Positions 9,901 to 23,700 of a stretch of 64,000 nucleotides of DNA are shown here, piece by piece. The notes under the pieces were generated by a model. It saw only the letters and a list, made by a program, of their open reading frames with translations. It was not told the DNA's origin and ran no database searches. Position 1 is the stretch's first letter. Each line of letters starts with the position of its first letter. The position numbers and the translations under genes are program-made. The DNA comes from Marsupella aquatica. Lineage: Eukaryota > Plantae > Marchantiophyta. The stretch spans positions 13,186,549 through 13,250,548 of the forward strand of contig OZ316896.1 in assembly GCA_973895155.1 (NCBI GenBank), read 5' to 3'.

Positions 9901-12900
9901 TCCATAGCAATTATGTAGCTGAAGCTGTACAGAATTGAATCAGAATTCTGTACTTTTGCACACGATGGTTCAGAAATGTGTCATTTCAGTAATAGAAATG
10001 TGGTAACGGAAAAGGTCACTTCCATTACGTATCATTAGTAGTTAGCGTCACATGTGGGTTTGAAAGAATTTAAGGGTCATGCACATATCTTTTCCCTCAC
10101 AAACCCCTAGGTTCACCCTGAGGGAGAGTGGAAGATCCAAGTCAAACCAGTGCCAGTAAGCCTGTCCTGCCCACTCTGTCCAAGTGATGGAAGTTGTCAA
10201 AGCACCAGTCCAAGAGCTAAGATTTCCGATGTGTTAGCCAATGGGAAGTTGGGCCAAAAGGTAGGAGTTTAATTGATACGGACAATCGAAATGATTTTGC
10301 AAGTTCATGTCTCACCATGTATGTTTGGTGAGAACTAGGTAATGTGGACTGACTCATTGTGGCCCGTACCTCAGGACGAGGGAGTTCTTCCAAATTTGCA
10401 GACTGCAGACGCTTCACGAAAGAGACCTTTGATGCAAGAAAATGGAAACCTACCAATAGAGTCCGATGGTGCTAATGGTAAACGAATGCGGGCATTGCAA
10501 AATACAGGAGCTGTACAAAGCATGCAGCAGGATGGCAACAATAATGAGCTCCCTCCCGCGGCATGGACTAGAGACATTGGACAGGCTCCTGTACAGCAAA
10601 TGATTTCAATGATTGGGGCCCTCCTTGCACAAGGAGAAAGAGCATCTGCATCAGTAGAATTGCTTGTTGCAAATATTGCTCCAGATATGCTGGCTGACAT
10701 CGTGATTGCAAACATGACTCATCTTCCCGCTACCATGCCACCAGTGCAAGTTGGCGAAGATGATACTTTCGTTGCCGTCAGTATGGAAGGTGTTTTTCCT
10801 CTCGGTTTAGGTGTGCCTACAGCATCTCCACCAACAGCAGTGCCTCCTCCAACTTTGGTCCCTCGTCCAGTAGTGGGCCCTGCAATGGTGGTTCCTGCCG
10901 TAGTGGTTCCTCCTATAGTGGTTCCCGCTGTGATTATACCTCCTGCTACAGATTCTTCAACTCCCTCCCAAACTTCAGCCGATGCTCGCAGGGATCCACG
11001 AAGGGTTGGTGCCTAACAATAAACCTGCACACATGTAATTTATGCAGATTTGAAGTGTGTATCTGTGATCATTGATATAATGCCCGAGCTTTTGTCCTGT
11101 TCTTGCTATTGCCCATGTACCTATCATTTTATGTCTTGAGAATTTTTTTGAAGGTTCTTGTTCACCGAAACCACTGCTCATATTTTTCCTGTGTATCTTG
11201 TCCAGGATCCTCGACGACTTGATCCACGTCGTGTATCCCCAGGACCAGGTGGCTCGCTGGCATCACCTAAGGACGTGGACACCAATATTGGCAGTGTACC
11301 GCTTCCTGTTTCGGAGTCTGTTGTGCATCCGGTTGATGTTAAGTCTGAAGTTCTGGCATCAGGGAACATCAGAGATCCAAGGGCATCATTACAAAGTTTA
11401 TCTTCTCCCAGGCCTTTGCCTGTCAAAGTAAAATCTGAACCGGTAGATGAACTGCCTGGTCCACCAGCCCCCCGACCCGTTTCACCTATACCTGCTGCCA
11501 CGGTCAATATGCCACCGATCACTATGGCCCCTATGCCTCCAGTACCTGCGGCAGTGAAGCAGGAACCAAGTGAAGGAACTACTCCTCCAACAAGTATTCC
11601 ACCAGCCCCGTCTGCATTAAGAGATACAGGAACATCTGGATCTGGCTCATTGACTGGAGGGATTCCCGTCAACGTACCTGTTCCCACAATCCCTGTCGTA
11701 TCTCTAACAGATGAACAGCAGATGGCTCTTGGGAAAGCAGCTCTCGTTCGCATATTGGAGGGACACAAGACAATTACTGCCGCAGGAGGTGATAGTTTGC
11801 GAATCGCATTGCTCGCTCGATTAGTTGCTCAGGCAAGTGCCTATCCTTATGGTACAGGACATTCATGTGTGGACCAAGTTGAGCTAAAGATCTCCTCGTT
11901 TGATGATATTTTTCTTACATCGCATATGATATAGATAAAGCAAGACAGATGATGACAGCTGTGGCATGTGGTTTGCATCAAAACCATGATGGATTAGATG
12001 GCAATGGGGTGCCTGTATATGTCTTATGTCACGACACTGATTATTGTGAAGTAAGACGTCGATTATGGCGAATCAGGAGGCTCTCAACAGCTATTTGATT
12101 TGTTCAATGTTTTGACGATGATCCCTTTCCATCAGTCTTGTGAAGATGAAGGAGCAGTGGAGGTTGTTCGAAAGCACATACTTGCTGACTACCAAAATCA
12201 TAAGGTCAGCCGTTTTCCTTCGCTTTTTATTTCTGCTAATTAAAGCATTTGGATAATGAAAACGGCCGGTTGTCTCCGAAAGCTTGACACCAGATTTATG
12301 GACTGATATACCAGGATATGGTAGGTTTCTCTTCTCCTAGTCACGAGCCTCCTTTGAGCCACTTGGGGAGTATCATTGATGTTTCGGGAGGCTTTTTATT
12401 CTTCGCAGGGTCATGAATTGGCACTTCATGTTCTCTATCAACTGTATGCTGAGGAGGCATCAGAGGAGGGAAACTTCGATGCGTCCTCCCCGATTTCCAT
12501 TGCATATGGCAGGCTTCTGACTTCTTTGGTACAATTGTGTTTATCCTCGACTGATTTATTGAAGTTAGCAAACTCTGTATAGCTCAAGAATATGGTGTTG
12601 TGGATGCATGGTGGTTCTCGATTGTGAACACATATCCTCTATGATATGGTAGGTGCATGCAAGTTATGATCTATTCCACCAATGTCCCTATACGTTGTAA
12701 CTTGTACAATAGTAGTGAAGTACCGAAAAATAAAAGAGACCGAGGGGTGGATTTGGGAAATGGCCCGGGGAATGATAATGGCAGGTTGTCTGGAATAGTC
12801 CTTCCGGATCGCTTCCTTGTGTGCCCCGGCCCACCAATTTCACATGTAATTGCACGACGACAGGAACTCTCTAGGAAAAGTCTTCTTTATCTCAGCTACT

Positions 12901-15900
12901 GTTGGAGTCGAAACAATAATTTTGCTCTGTAGGGTTTCTCTTTGTAAGTTGGGTTCGCTGAACAGGAGGATTCGTAGTTGTCAAACCAGGAGGATTCGTA
13001 GGTGTCAAACATCGAACGTAAAAAAAAACCACATGAATGGTGATATCTCACATGATTTCCAAGGAAGGGAATTCTCACGCGCTTCTCGCTTGCATATTTC
13101 AGGCACAGGGCTTGAGGGATACTCTGCCTCCTTCAGATAAAGCTTTGAGCCGGCTCCTGGCAGAGGCCCCGGTTTTGCCAGATACAGCCCTGGAATTGCT
13201 AGAGGGTTTGTGCAGTGCCCAACCAGTTGCCAAAGAAGGGAAGGAAGCTTCTACTGGTGATCGGATCACTCAGGGTCTGAGTGCTATCTGGAGTCTGATT
13301 CTGGTGCGTCCACCTGTTCGAGATTCCTGCCTCACAATGGCACTACAGGTAAATTCGAGGTACTCTGGATCGCCGGGCTTAGTGTTGGTTGTTGATAGAG
13401 CATATTTGGTGAACTTTATTGATGGAATGCCTGAAAATATGGCATTATGGGCGGAGAGCAAGTGACATAGAACAGCTCTAAGATATGTCTATGAATTGTT
13501 TGTCTAGGGATACGTTTTTCATGAGGTCAATCAAGTAAATTTGATATCCTGTATGGTGACCATTCAGAAGGGTTCAGGGGTCGATTTTGCAGGTTAGATT
13601 CAGGTTTCAGGTGGGTTTACAATGCACTAATTTACTGATTGAGTGCTGGTTGAGTTCTCCTGCAGTGTGCAGTTCATGAAGTGGATGATATACGTGCAAA
13701 AGCGATACGATTGGTAAGATCACCTTTTACATTGCAGAATTACATAAGAGCGGTCAATTTCGGGATTTCTTCTGCTGACAGTTGATGAGCCCATTGTTGA
13801 CTCGGTTGGTATGGGAAGAACTTGTCATGTGGATTATTGCCTAGGATTGACATTTGTGTTTTTCGCTCTAAGCAGGCAAGATTTTTCACATTAGCTGGGA
13901 TCTCTGATGCCGTAGGATCCATGTTTATTTGCCACTCTGAGATCTGTGAATATTACAGGTTGCAAATAAGTTGTATCCTCTGGAGTACATTTCCCAAAGT
14001 ATTGAAGACTTTGCTCTCGACAAGCTGCGATCTGTGGTAGGGGCTCGGCAAGACGGACTGTTAGATGGGACCACAAGAGACCCGATGGATGTTGATGAAG
14101 GAAATCTTAGTCAAGCAGCAACTGTAAAGGTAAAGGAATCTGGGGACCAAGGGAAAGCAATAAACGGCGGGGATCAAAGATATACGGAGGGCCTTGATGA
14201 AGTAAAACCTGAAGATGCAGGGGCACAAAGTTTGAACCGAAGCAGTAGTGCAACTATCTCAATGACTGAGGCCCAACGCTGCATGTCACTCTTTTTTGCC
14301 CTTTGTACAAAGGTATACGAACATATCCCATACCTCGGACCGTTATGATAGTTCCTTGGGTGTCGCACATGAGATGGCCACGTTTGGTGACATTTCCAGT
14401 TATGGCCTGAAGCGAAGTTCTATTCTAATTCTCAGTTCGGCTCTAACTTGACCAAGTGCGTGCTACCCCTGTGCAGAAGCATTCCTTGTTACGTCAGCTA
14501 TTTTATGTTTACGGCAGTTCAACAAAAGCAGTTAAGCAGGTGCGTCAATCTGGGAGTCTTCATTAATGCGTCTGCCTACAAGTTTGCATAGAAATCAACA
14601 AATGTTTACAAGTAGTGGAAGATGTAATCCACTTGGTCTTGGGTATGTCTAATGCCTCTTAAAAAACTTTTTATATCCTCCTTGTGAGGCCGACCATTAA
14701 CATATTCAAATCGAATCTTGTATGTTGGAGCTTCAACTAACTCTAAATTTTCAAGGATAAGACAGATGAAAATTTGTACGACCATTTCTCGCCACACAAC
14801 TTACAACATCTCGCACTGAACTCATGTGATGCAAAGCGTCCGTCACGTGTTCAATACTTTGAGTGACCATGTTGGCGGAGGTACACTCTGAGAGCATGAG
14901 CTTTTATTATCTGATTCATGCAGGCTGTACATCGACATATTCCCATTCTTTTTCGCACAATTGGGTCATCGTCACCAGAGTTGTTGCAAATCATCGCAGA
15001 TCCTCCCGAAGGGAGTGAGAATCTTCTACTTCAGGTGGGTGATGTACATTGACATACTTGCGATACACGTGGATCAGGTGAACCTTTCGTGATGTGCGCT
15101 TTGCAAAGCGGAGCATGTTTAAGTATTTACAGTCTAAAATCTCGGTTGATATTTTAGTAAATATTGGCTGACATAATCATATTGCAGTAAGCGATGGCCA
15201 GCCCGTCGAATCTAATGGGCTCCATTCATCTGAGATCGCAGGTCCTTCACAGTCTGACTGAAGGAAATTCACCTTCTTCGGAACTGATTGGAACTGTCAA
15301 GAAATTATATGAGACCAAGCTTCAGGTATATAGTCATTAACATCAGCCACAAGTTTCTTGTAGGCTGTCTTCTCTGCACATGATAGGAGACCCTTTGTCA
15401 ATGTCTTGAGACACGTAAAGGCGTCAATCTACAAACGGCGGAATGAAGATTAGGGCTCTTTTAAACTTTGAAATGAAGGAAATGATAATTTGATAAAGTC
15501 TAATTAGTAGGAACTATTGCAAACGACCTTCACGGAGTTGCTGCTCCTGAATCTCCTTTGTTGCCGGAGCTTTGAGATAATGGATGCGATCTTAAAGTAC
15601 CCTAGTCGTCTTCCAAGAAATGTGTTGCGACTTTGGAAATATGCCACTACAGCTGGTAATGACTCGTGCCGGTTTTCTTTGTCATCGTACAGGATCCTGT
15701 GTTTCTCATTCCAGTTTTGTCGTCCCTAACTAAAGAGGAGGTATGTTAGCTACTTTCTTGATACTGCTGCCATGTACAAAATGATTACTGTCGAGTCACT
15801 TTTGCTGATTTGTTACTGGGGAATAGACAGGCAATATGAACGGTGAAGGTGAGGCATGTGAATGTGGTCCTCCTTAAGTACTGCGAGCCGGATGGATGGA

Positions 15901-18900
15901 AATTACCGTGTGTCAAAAAGCATTGGGTGATGTTTCTTTTGTGACGATGCTGAAATAATAGCTGTGCCACCCAGGTGCTTCCCATTTTCCCCCGGTTAGT
16001 TGAGTTATCACCAGAGAAATTTCAGACCGCCCTGGCCCGCATACTACAGGTACATATCAGTCCCTGTCCTGTTCTTGCAGCGTTTATGTAATCGAATGCA
16101 TGGACTTGGGAACTGGACTTCTGTTATCGTAACAGCGAAGTGAGTGCAAAGTTGTTGCCCACAATGCTAGAAGCACTGGAAAATATTATTCGTTTCCGTA
16201 TTTTGATTTGGGTTTTTGGAATATAGGGGTCTGCGCACAGTGGCCCTGCCTTGACGCCCACAGAAGTATTAATTGCATTGCATGGCATTGATCCTCAACG
16301 AGATTCAGTGCCTCTGAAAAAGGTAAGTGCGGCAGCCTCTTGAGTTTGACCGTTACTAAGGACATCAGGATTGATTTTTGGGTTCAAGGGTATATACGTT
16401 GCAATCTTTTGATGCGGTTGTGATTTCTACGGTGTTTCGTCTTGGTGAAGGTGATGGATGCTTGCTCAGCTTGTCTCCAGCAACGCACAGTGTTCACACA
16501 ACAGGTGCTTGCAAAAGTTTTGAATCAACTGGTAAGTTTCATCACAATGCACGTCAAGTGGAGCTTCACAAGGTTCTTCTACCTTTAAACTGCAGGTGGA
16601 ACAGATATGGAACGTCAGCGGTTAAAATTTGCCTGAGTCATAGCCTCTAAACTGTGAACAGTTGAAGCACTTTCTGCTCGCATGAGGATTTGTTAATTCG
16701 TCTTTGAGCGTTACTGGCACAAGTATTGTTTTGTGATCACCTCCAAAACTATAAGTAGGGCTCGATCACTGGTTTAAACAAAGTTGTAGTACCTCGTTTG
16801 ATCTGATAGGTACCGAAAGGAAACTGGGCTATATGCGATGGCACGAAGTGCATAGTATGTTATCGACTGGATTCGAATGGCTAGTGGCAATAAATTGTGA
16901 CTGGAAGAATGTACGGAGTATTTGCTACTAGCACCTGCTACTAAAACTGTCTTCTGTCCTTCTGACTCCTTTTCTTGTGTGGATCTAAACAGGTAGAACA
17001 GACTCCTCTCCCACTTTTATTCATGCGCACCGTTATTCAGGCTATTGGTGCTTTCCCTATCCTAGTAAGTTAGCAATAGCTCACAATTAGAATCATTGAG
17101 CATATTATTGACACTTGTTTGGATGTCTTTGCTGCTCTTAAGGTTATTACCACTCTCCACATTTTCATATAATACCCCGATTCCTGTCCTGGGTTGACCT
17201 TGGCCAAATCCTTGCCATAGATTAGAAGGTCGAATGTATGGTGTGCATGTCTGCAAATCTAGTAATATGCTGTTCTTTTATTTATTTATTTTTTTGTTGG
17301 AACATTTTGTTGAAGTTCAGTCATTCCGACAACTGTAAATCAAACCTGGATCTAGCCAGCCTGTCAGAACTCGGTACACGCATGATAGACCTTATTTGTG
17401 TCTATTCGTATGGCATTGATGATTTCTAAGTGAAATGGGTGTCATGCAGGTCAGTTTTGTCATGGAGATCCTCTCACGCCTCGTAAATAAACAGGTACAT
17501 GTTGTAAAAAGTACTTAAAAATAATGTAAGTTCGGTTTTCTTTTTAAGCGAGTCTGAAAGCTGTGCTGTCAGGTGTGGTCTTTAGTGCTGACAGGTACTC
17601 ATGTCTTGCAGATTTGGAAGTTTCCCAAGCTGTGGATTGGATTTCTGAAGTGTGCAAATCAGACTATACCGCACTCTTTTCATGTGTTACTGCAGGTATT
17701 TTTCTTCCCCCTGTTATCGGTTAATATCTTATCAGCATGTAAAACAAATTCTTACAAGTTTGCCTAGCACAATTTTTGATATGGTACTCTTTGACCAATT
17801 TTGAGCTTGGATGAAGTACATGGATCAACATTGATATCCGATCTCTCTCACACTCTGAGTTCAGCAGACGCAAACAGAGAATGATACACTGTTGATTGAT
17901 ACTGTTGGTCCAGTCTATGTTTTCTTAAGGTTGTTTGCTAGTGGTCAAGTAAAACAAGTCTGTTCTAGATAGACCAGGAATGCACTTCGAACTATGTTTA
18001 CTTCGTGAGGTGACTAATTCTTCTGATGTGAGCCAGCAGCAAGAACCACCCTGTTAACTTTTTTTTTTCAGTTGCTTGAAGTCTAGTGTGTAGGGTTTGC
18101 AGGCTGATACTGTGACTCCCAACTCTTCAAGGAATATTAGTTAATCAGAAACTAGTATAGTTCCTTGTTGACATCCTGTTGTGCTTGGAGTGATGACTTT
18201 GGCGGCCCTATCATGTGTAAACTAAGCACTTGAAGGTCATGTTCAAATTACTGCGCGAATCGTAAGAATGTCGCATTAAACTTGTATTTAGCCTTTTTTT
18301 TTAACCACTAAGTACATGGAAGTTTTCTTTGCGCAGCTTCCGGCAGTGCAGCTTGAAGATGCATTTGTGAAGCATCCGAATTTGAAACCTCCTCTAGCAA
18401 CTCATGCTAGTCAAGCCAATATTCGGTCCACTGTTCCAAGGTTAGTCTTCAGGCGTGGCAGAGGCTACATTTCTAGGATGATGAGATGAGTTGGTTAAGG
18501 TTGAGACATTCAGCTTGTTCGCTTTCAGCCGGTTCTTTATCGTTCAGGACCGATCTGGGAGTCCTCAAGTGCAGCTAAATGAGAGGACTGGTATCTTCAC
18601 ATTTCCCAGAAATTGAGGGCAACAAATAGGACTTGCATCTGGAGCCTCACCTCACGGAAGTTGAGTGTATCTGTCAATTTATATTGTTTCTTAGCATTTT
18701 GTCTTCAAATTCTAGGGGAACGGGTTTGTTAAATAGAAAATTTAGTGCGAAGACCTTCTTACTTCAAAGCAAGAGTATCAATATCTGAGGTCTGATGCCT
18801 GAGACTAAATGATTTGCAGGTCGTCACTGGTCCTTTTGGGCTTGGCCGCACAGGATGAGTCGACGACTACTCCCCAGCCCCCGACTGAAAGCAACCATGT

Positions 18901-18913
18901 AGAGGCTAAGTAA
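6924..18913 (+). CDS. Symplekin (ESP4/PTA1-like) pre-mRNA 3'-end processing scaffold, 27 inferred coding exons
   Basis: Frame-consistent exons read by eye: 6924-7141, 7513-7672, 7853-7945, 8248-8365, 8586-8754, 9171-9345, 9523-9657, (10111-10260 candidate), 10375-11004, 11206-11832, 12136-12204, 12409-12528, 13103-13348, 13666-13713, 13959-14312, 14477-14539, 14924-15034, 15242-15325, 15693-15740, 15975-16049, 16227-16322, 16451-16531, 16993-17064, 17450-17494, 17612-17695, 18337-18440, 18820-18913. Motifs include GVRLQAIKFVE, AKRRPSLYGRVLPVLL, RDPRRLDPRR, EQTPLPLLFMRTVIQA and IWKFPKLWIGFLKC (Symplekin_C). Confidence 0.93.
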
Positions 18914-20083
18914 AACTTAGGTGGTTCTATCCATGTAAATTATTGTGGTTGCTTCAGGCTGTCTTGGAGGGACACAGCAATTGTTTTGGACCTGATAACA
19001 TAAACAGTATTCCAGATTCTCAGTAGCTCAGTTGATCGTCAACCCTGCCTTCCTAGACAGGAATATACTTCTGCCTCCCTTGGGTAGCATGGCTGTTGGC
19101 CAAAGTTGCCCTTAGGAGTAGCACACTTTTTGTAGGTTTAGAACATACAGTCCAGAACTCCAAGTTACACAGCCTTAACATTCTTTGGGGTTTAGAAGCA
19201 GAGCAAAGTCTTTTCCAGTGTGGCCTGGCTTACCAAATTTTGATAATGAAGTGAGCAATTGAGGACATGTAGTCCACAATCCTGAGTTAGACAGCCTGAT
19301 AGTCGTTGTGATTTACAAACAGAGGAAAGCTCGATCTGGATTGTCACATCTTAATAATGAAATGATCTCGTTTACTGGAATGTGGACGGCGATGCAGTTT
19401 TTAAAAACGCTTACTTGTGAAAGAAGTCCAGTTATATCGCCTGTCAGAAGAAGTGTTGGAGGATTGCGAGAATTGTTTTTGTTTGTGAACGGATAGTACT
19501 TTGAAGTTTCGTTAATGATTACCCACACTTGTAATGAGGAGAGATTTCATTGCGACGTCCAACTTCAACACATGAATGGTCTCCAAGTGGATTTTTCAAA
19601 GAAGGGAGGCGATGTAGTGAATTCTAACTCTTTTCACAAGGTAAAACGGAGAGATGTTGAGGTGTTCAAGTAGTGAATCTCGCAAATCTTCGCATGAGGA
19701 AATAGAGGAGAAACAGGGTGGATTGGAGTGAGGTCGAGTAGGAGATTGGTTTGTCCTTAGCGGATGTGAGGGTATACCATAAAGCAATGAAGTTTGTTAT
19801 TCACTTGAGCTGCAATGGGGAAAGGGAATAGAATTGTCACATTGTTGAACGTGTGCCAACAGTAATTGTATGGATGTACATGTTATATGGTAAGTAAATC
19901 CCAGGTGTACTTTGCTCTTTGTACTTCTATGGATGATTATGAGCCACTAGTACCCCCATGCCAGTTGGATCAGGATCATGAACAAATCGTATTGCTCAGA
20001 TCCATTGGACATGAATAGACTATCAGGATTGCTTAATATCACAGCCATGAGGTATTATACAATGAGAACAAACAGTACTTTTG

Positions 20084-20405
20084 TGAGCCAGGAGACTGTT
20101 GTTAGCTAGACACTGGTGGTTTTAAATTTCTTTTGTTTTTTATTATCTTTTATATTTTTTGTGTTTTTTAATGACTCCAATTGGCTAGCAAATTTGATAG
20201 CAAAAAGAGGAGTCCCAAAAAGGGATGTTATCAACAAGGTCTTTGAGCCAGGAGACTGTTGTTAGCTAGACACTGGTGGTTTTAAATTTCTTTTGTTTTT
20301 TATTATCTTTTATATTTTTTGTGTTTTTTAATGACTCCAATTGGCTAGCAAATTTGATAGCAAAAAGAGGAGTCCCAAAAAGGGATGTTATCAACAAGGT
20401 CTTTG
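20084..20405. repeat. Apparently perfect 160-bp tandem duplication
   Basis: GAGCCAGGAGACTGTT... starts at both 20085 and 20245, and the two copies read identically up to CAAGGTCTTTG. Confidence 0.9.
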
Positions 20406-20644
20406 TTAGCGAGGCAGTTGGATATAGAAAAATAAGGGGTCATGTAAACCCTAAAATCCTCGCATGCTACAATGACCCTCACAGCCATTAGACATGAGTA
20501 GACCATCAGGATTGCTTAATATCAGAGTCCTGGATATTAAGGTCCAACTTCTCAGGAAAACTCCCATCTTTCTGAGGTACATTCTGGCTTTATTTTACTA
20601 ATGTTTTATATACTTTGGAATACTCCTTTTTTATTAAAAAAAAT

Positions 20645-20748
20645 TAAGGGAAAATACCTCACAGAAAGGGAATAATCAATCACAACAGTTGTACCCAAGA
20701 TTATGAGTCTCCTTCAAGTGAGCTACCACACAGCCATGTTTCTCTAGG
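20645..20748 (-). mobile_element. tRNA-derived SINE-like repeat (copy 1)
   Basis: Homologous to 55120-55233 (ACCCAAGA..TATGAGTC..TCAAGTGA.CTACCACACAGC.ATG..TCTCTA). The minus strand has A-box-like TGGTAG and a degenerate B-box-like motif. Confidence 0.45.
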
Positions 20749-23700
20749 CCTAATGTTGTACACACTATATAGCACTCCCACTAAAACAAAGAATACTGCA
20801 CTTGAGGCCTCCCTTTGCCTCGACAGCAACAAATTATACCGCCACAGTCCAACACTACTCCATTTTTCACATTCCAATCATTCCTCTTCTCTACCTTACC
20901 CTACCAGTTTGCTCCACAATTTCAAAGAAAATAGTTACTCACCAAACTTCAATCAGTTTCTAATTAGAACCGCCACATCACCGTTTTTCACAAGATGACT
21001 CGTTGCGAGAAAAAATGTCACACCATCTTTTTCATAAGGTGACTAGTCTTTAGAAAGAATGTCACACGACCTTTTCATAAGGTGGCTCATTGTGAGGACA
21101 CAAGTAACACAGCCCACAATGAATTAATTAATTAATGAAGGAGCAGGACACCATGGCATACCCTTTATCTACATGGACCACACAATGCCCTCCAATAGGG
21201 ACATTGTGTGGAAATAGTAGGAAACCAGTTAGGTGAAAGTGCACTACTCTAATATCAACCTAATAAAAAAAGAGGGCACAAGCGAGGGAATCTTCCATCA
21301 CCACACATTGAGAACAATATCACCGCTTTAGGGGAAAAGTGCTCTGGAGCCACAAATTGGAACCTTCCACGAGAGCCAAAAAGGCCTTCTCTGGGACCCC
21401 ACGAAGGAGAGACAGTACTTGACCCTTGAAGCTCTGTGGTTGCTTCCATCATTCTCTCTCCAATCTAATCCAATGAAAAGGGGGGCTGGATCAAACATCA
21501 AATTTAAAAGGGGAAAACATAATAAATCCGAGAAGGTGGGCTGGATTCTTTCTCCATATAATCCCATTGGCCCACCTTTACACCCTGGACGTGGCCAAAA
21601 GCCCTCACATGCTTATGGGGAGGATTCAAGGGACAAAATCCACCCACCCCCACTCCAAAGCTCCCAAAGGCCACAATCTTTAGTCATCGATATTTATTTT
21701 GTAAAAGCTCATCCCACGTGTGGGCTTAGGTTTGGTCATTTGGGTGGCTTGTCTCATGGTGTGGATACGGTGGGTTGGAATTATTTGAGAGACTCCATTG
21801 GGCCACCTTGCAAACAGGAAATCACACCAGAATTTCCGCCTGTCTGGCTAATAAGTATCAAGCAAAGATTCTCTTTAAAAGGTTTGATTTCTTTGACCGG
21901 GCTTTTCTAAGAGCCAACTCTCATGTGAGCATGTTATATCACATTTCAGATTTTGTCTTATTCATATTTTTGTGTCATATATTTTCATTTCAATCTGCTT
22001 TATCAAGGGGCAGCCTTTGTATTCTATACATTTTTAAATAATTTTTAGACCCCTTTAGTTTTAGGTATTCTAGAGTGTTTTGAACTTATTTTGGCAGCCC
22101 CCTTTCACAGTACGTGTTTTCTTAGAGATGAAACCAAAGGCTCCACCACCACAAGTGAGAGAAATGATGCTGAAGAACATGAATGCATAGTCTCTTAAGT
22201 TCTCCTCATGTTTTTCTTTCCTAGGTTTATGGTTTTTATTGAAAGGAGTGTCATTCATAAGGCACCCTGAGTTAAGTGCACACATCGTAGCATAGTTTGC
22301 CTGTACCTTTTCTTGGTCACTGTGCTTTTCTTGGCAGACACTTTACATATATAATAGCACTTCTATGCTCTCATATTTTATTTACTTTCAGATCACTACA
22401 AGACAAAAAATAAAGCATGTTCCAGGATGAGCATGCTATATATGAGCAACCCTCAGGCCCAACTCGCATGTGAACAGCCCTTGTTTATTGGGCTCTTTAC
22501 TACCCCTGCTGTTGGGTCTTACAAGGGCCAGACATTTTCCCAACCTTTGCCCTTGGGTCAGCACAAGACCTGCTGTCAGGCATGCCTATCAAGGGGCCTA
22601 TGGCATGGAAACCTACATGAAATTTATGATGACTTAAGTTTGAGGGCCTCAAAAGAAAGGGCCAACGATGTCCGAGTTGGGACCAAAGAGTGCGCACACA
22701 AAGAAACTGAAGACTGCGGCCACTGAACTACCTTTATGCCGGCGCCAGTGAAATGGGATGTGACAAGAAGCTGTTACGTAACCCTGGTCTAGACTTCGAG
22801 CGAGGGAAAAAGATTAGGGAAGCTTTGGACTAAACCAGAGTTATCTGGATGGGCAAGTGTGGTTAACTGAGGAGGCTTATTGGAGGCCTCATGGGCATCC
22901 TTTCTACCCAAGTCCACCATGCACAGAACCCAGCTCCCACCCTTGGGAGTGGGAGTGTCAAACCCTACTCACAGAATTGGTCCATGGAGGCCATGTTGCA
23001 CCAAGCAAAGCCATTCCTTGACTGAGTTTGAATGCACTGACTCACTTAGCTTTGGGTCACATTTGCCCCAGGATTCACCCCACCAAACACGTGAACTGAG
23101 GGGTTTAGCGTGAGCACAAGCCCATACCAAGGTCCACAGTATTGGCTTGGGGCACAAGGCTCTACACTATTTTGCTAGATTCCACCTCTCCAAACAGTCT
23201 CTGCCACTTTTGACAAACATTAACTACAGTAGTTTTTTATGTTCCATTTGCTAGTTTCCCACCTAGTCACATGCCCCATTAGCCAAAATATAATGGTCAT
23301 CCTTAAATCTAGGGAGATCTAAGAATCAGAAAACAATTTGGGAATTAATTTCCTAATATCTTCCCCTTCACACACCTGACATTTGCCACTCTGGCTAATA
23401 AGGCTACAAGGAACGATTGTGAAATGCACCTGTATTGGGCTAGTAATGACTATGACATGGGAGACAGTGCCTAGCTTTCTCCAATTCATGTCCCAACCCC
23501 CTAACTTCTCACCCCTGGCTAGCAATATAATCCCTTACTTGGTGGGCAAATCATAATGACTTCAATTGAGAATCCTTCTAACAAAGTTAAACAACAACAA
23601 AAATGAGCCCGCTCCAATCCCCCCCTCCACAAACAAACAAACAAAAGTGGGGCTGCGCATTCATAGCCTCAACTCTGAAGGTCTAAAAACTTCAGTCCTC

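Noticed and set aside
10371-11768. Long minus-strand ORFs (114 and 196 aa)
   Set aside because: Antisense shadows of Pro-rich symplekin exons.
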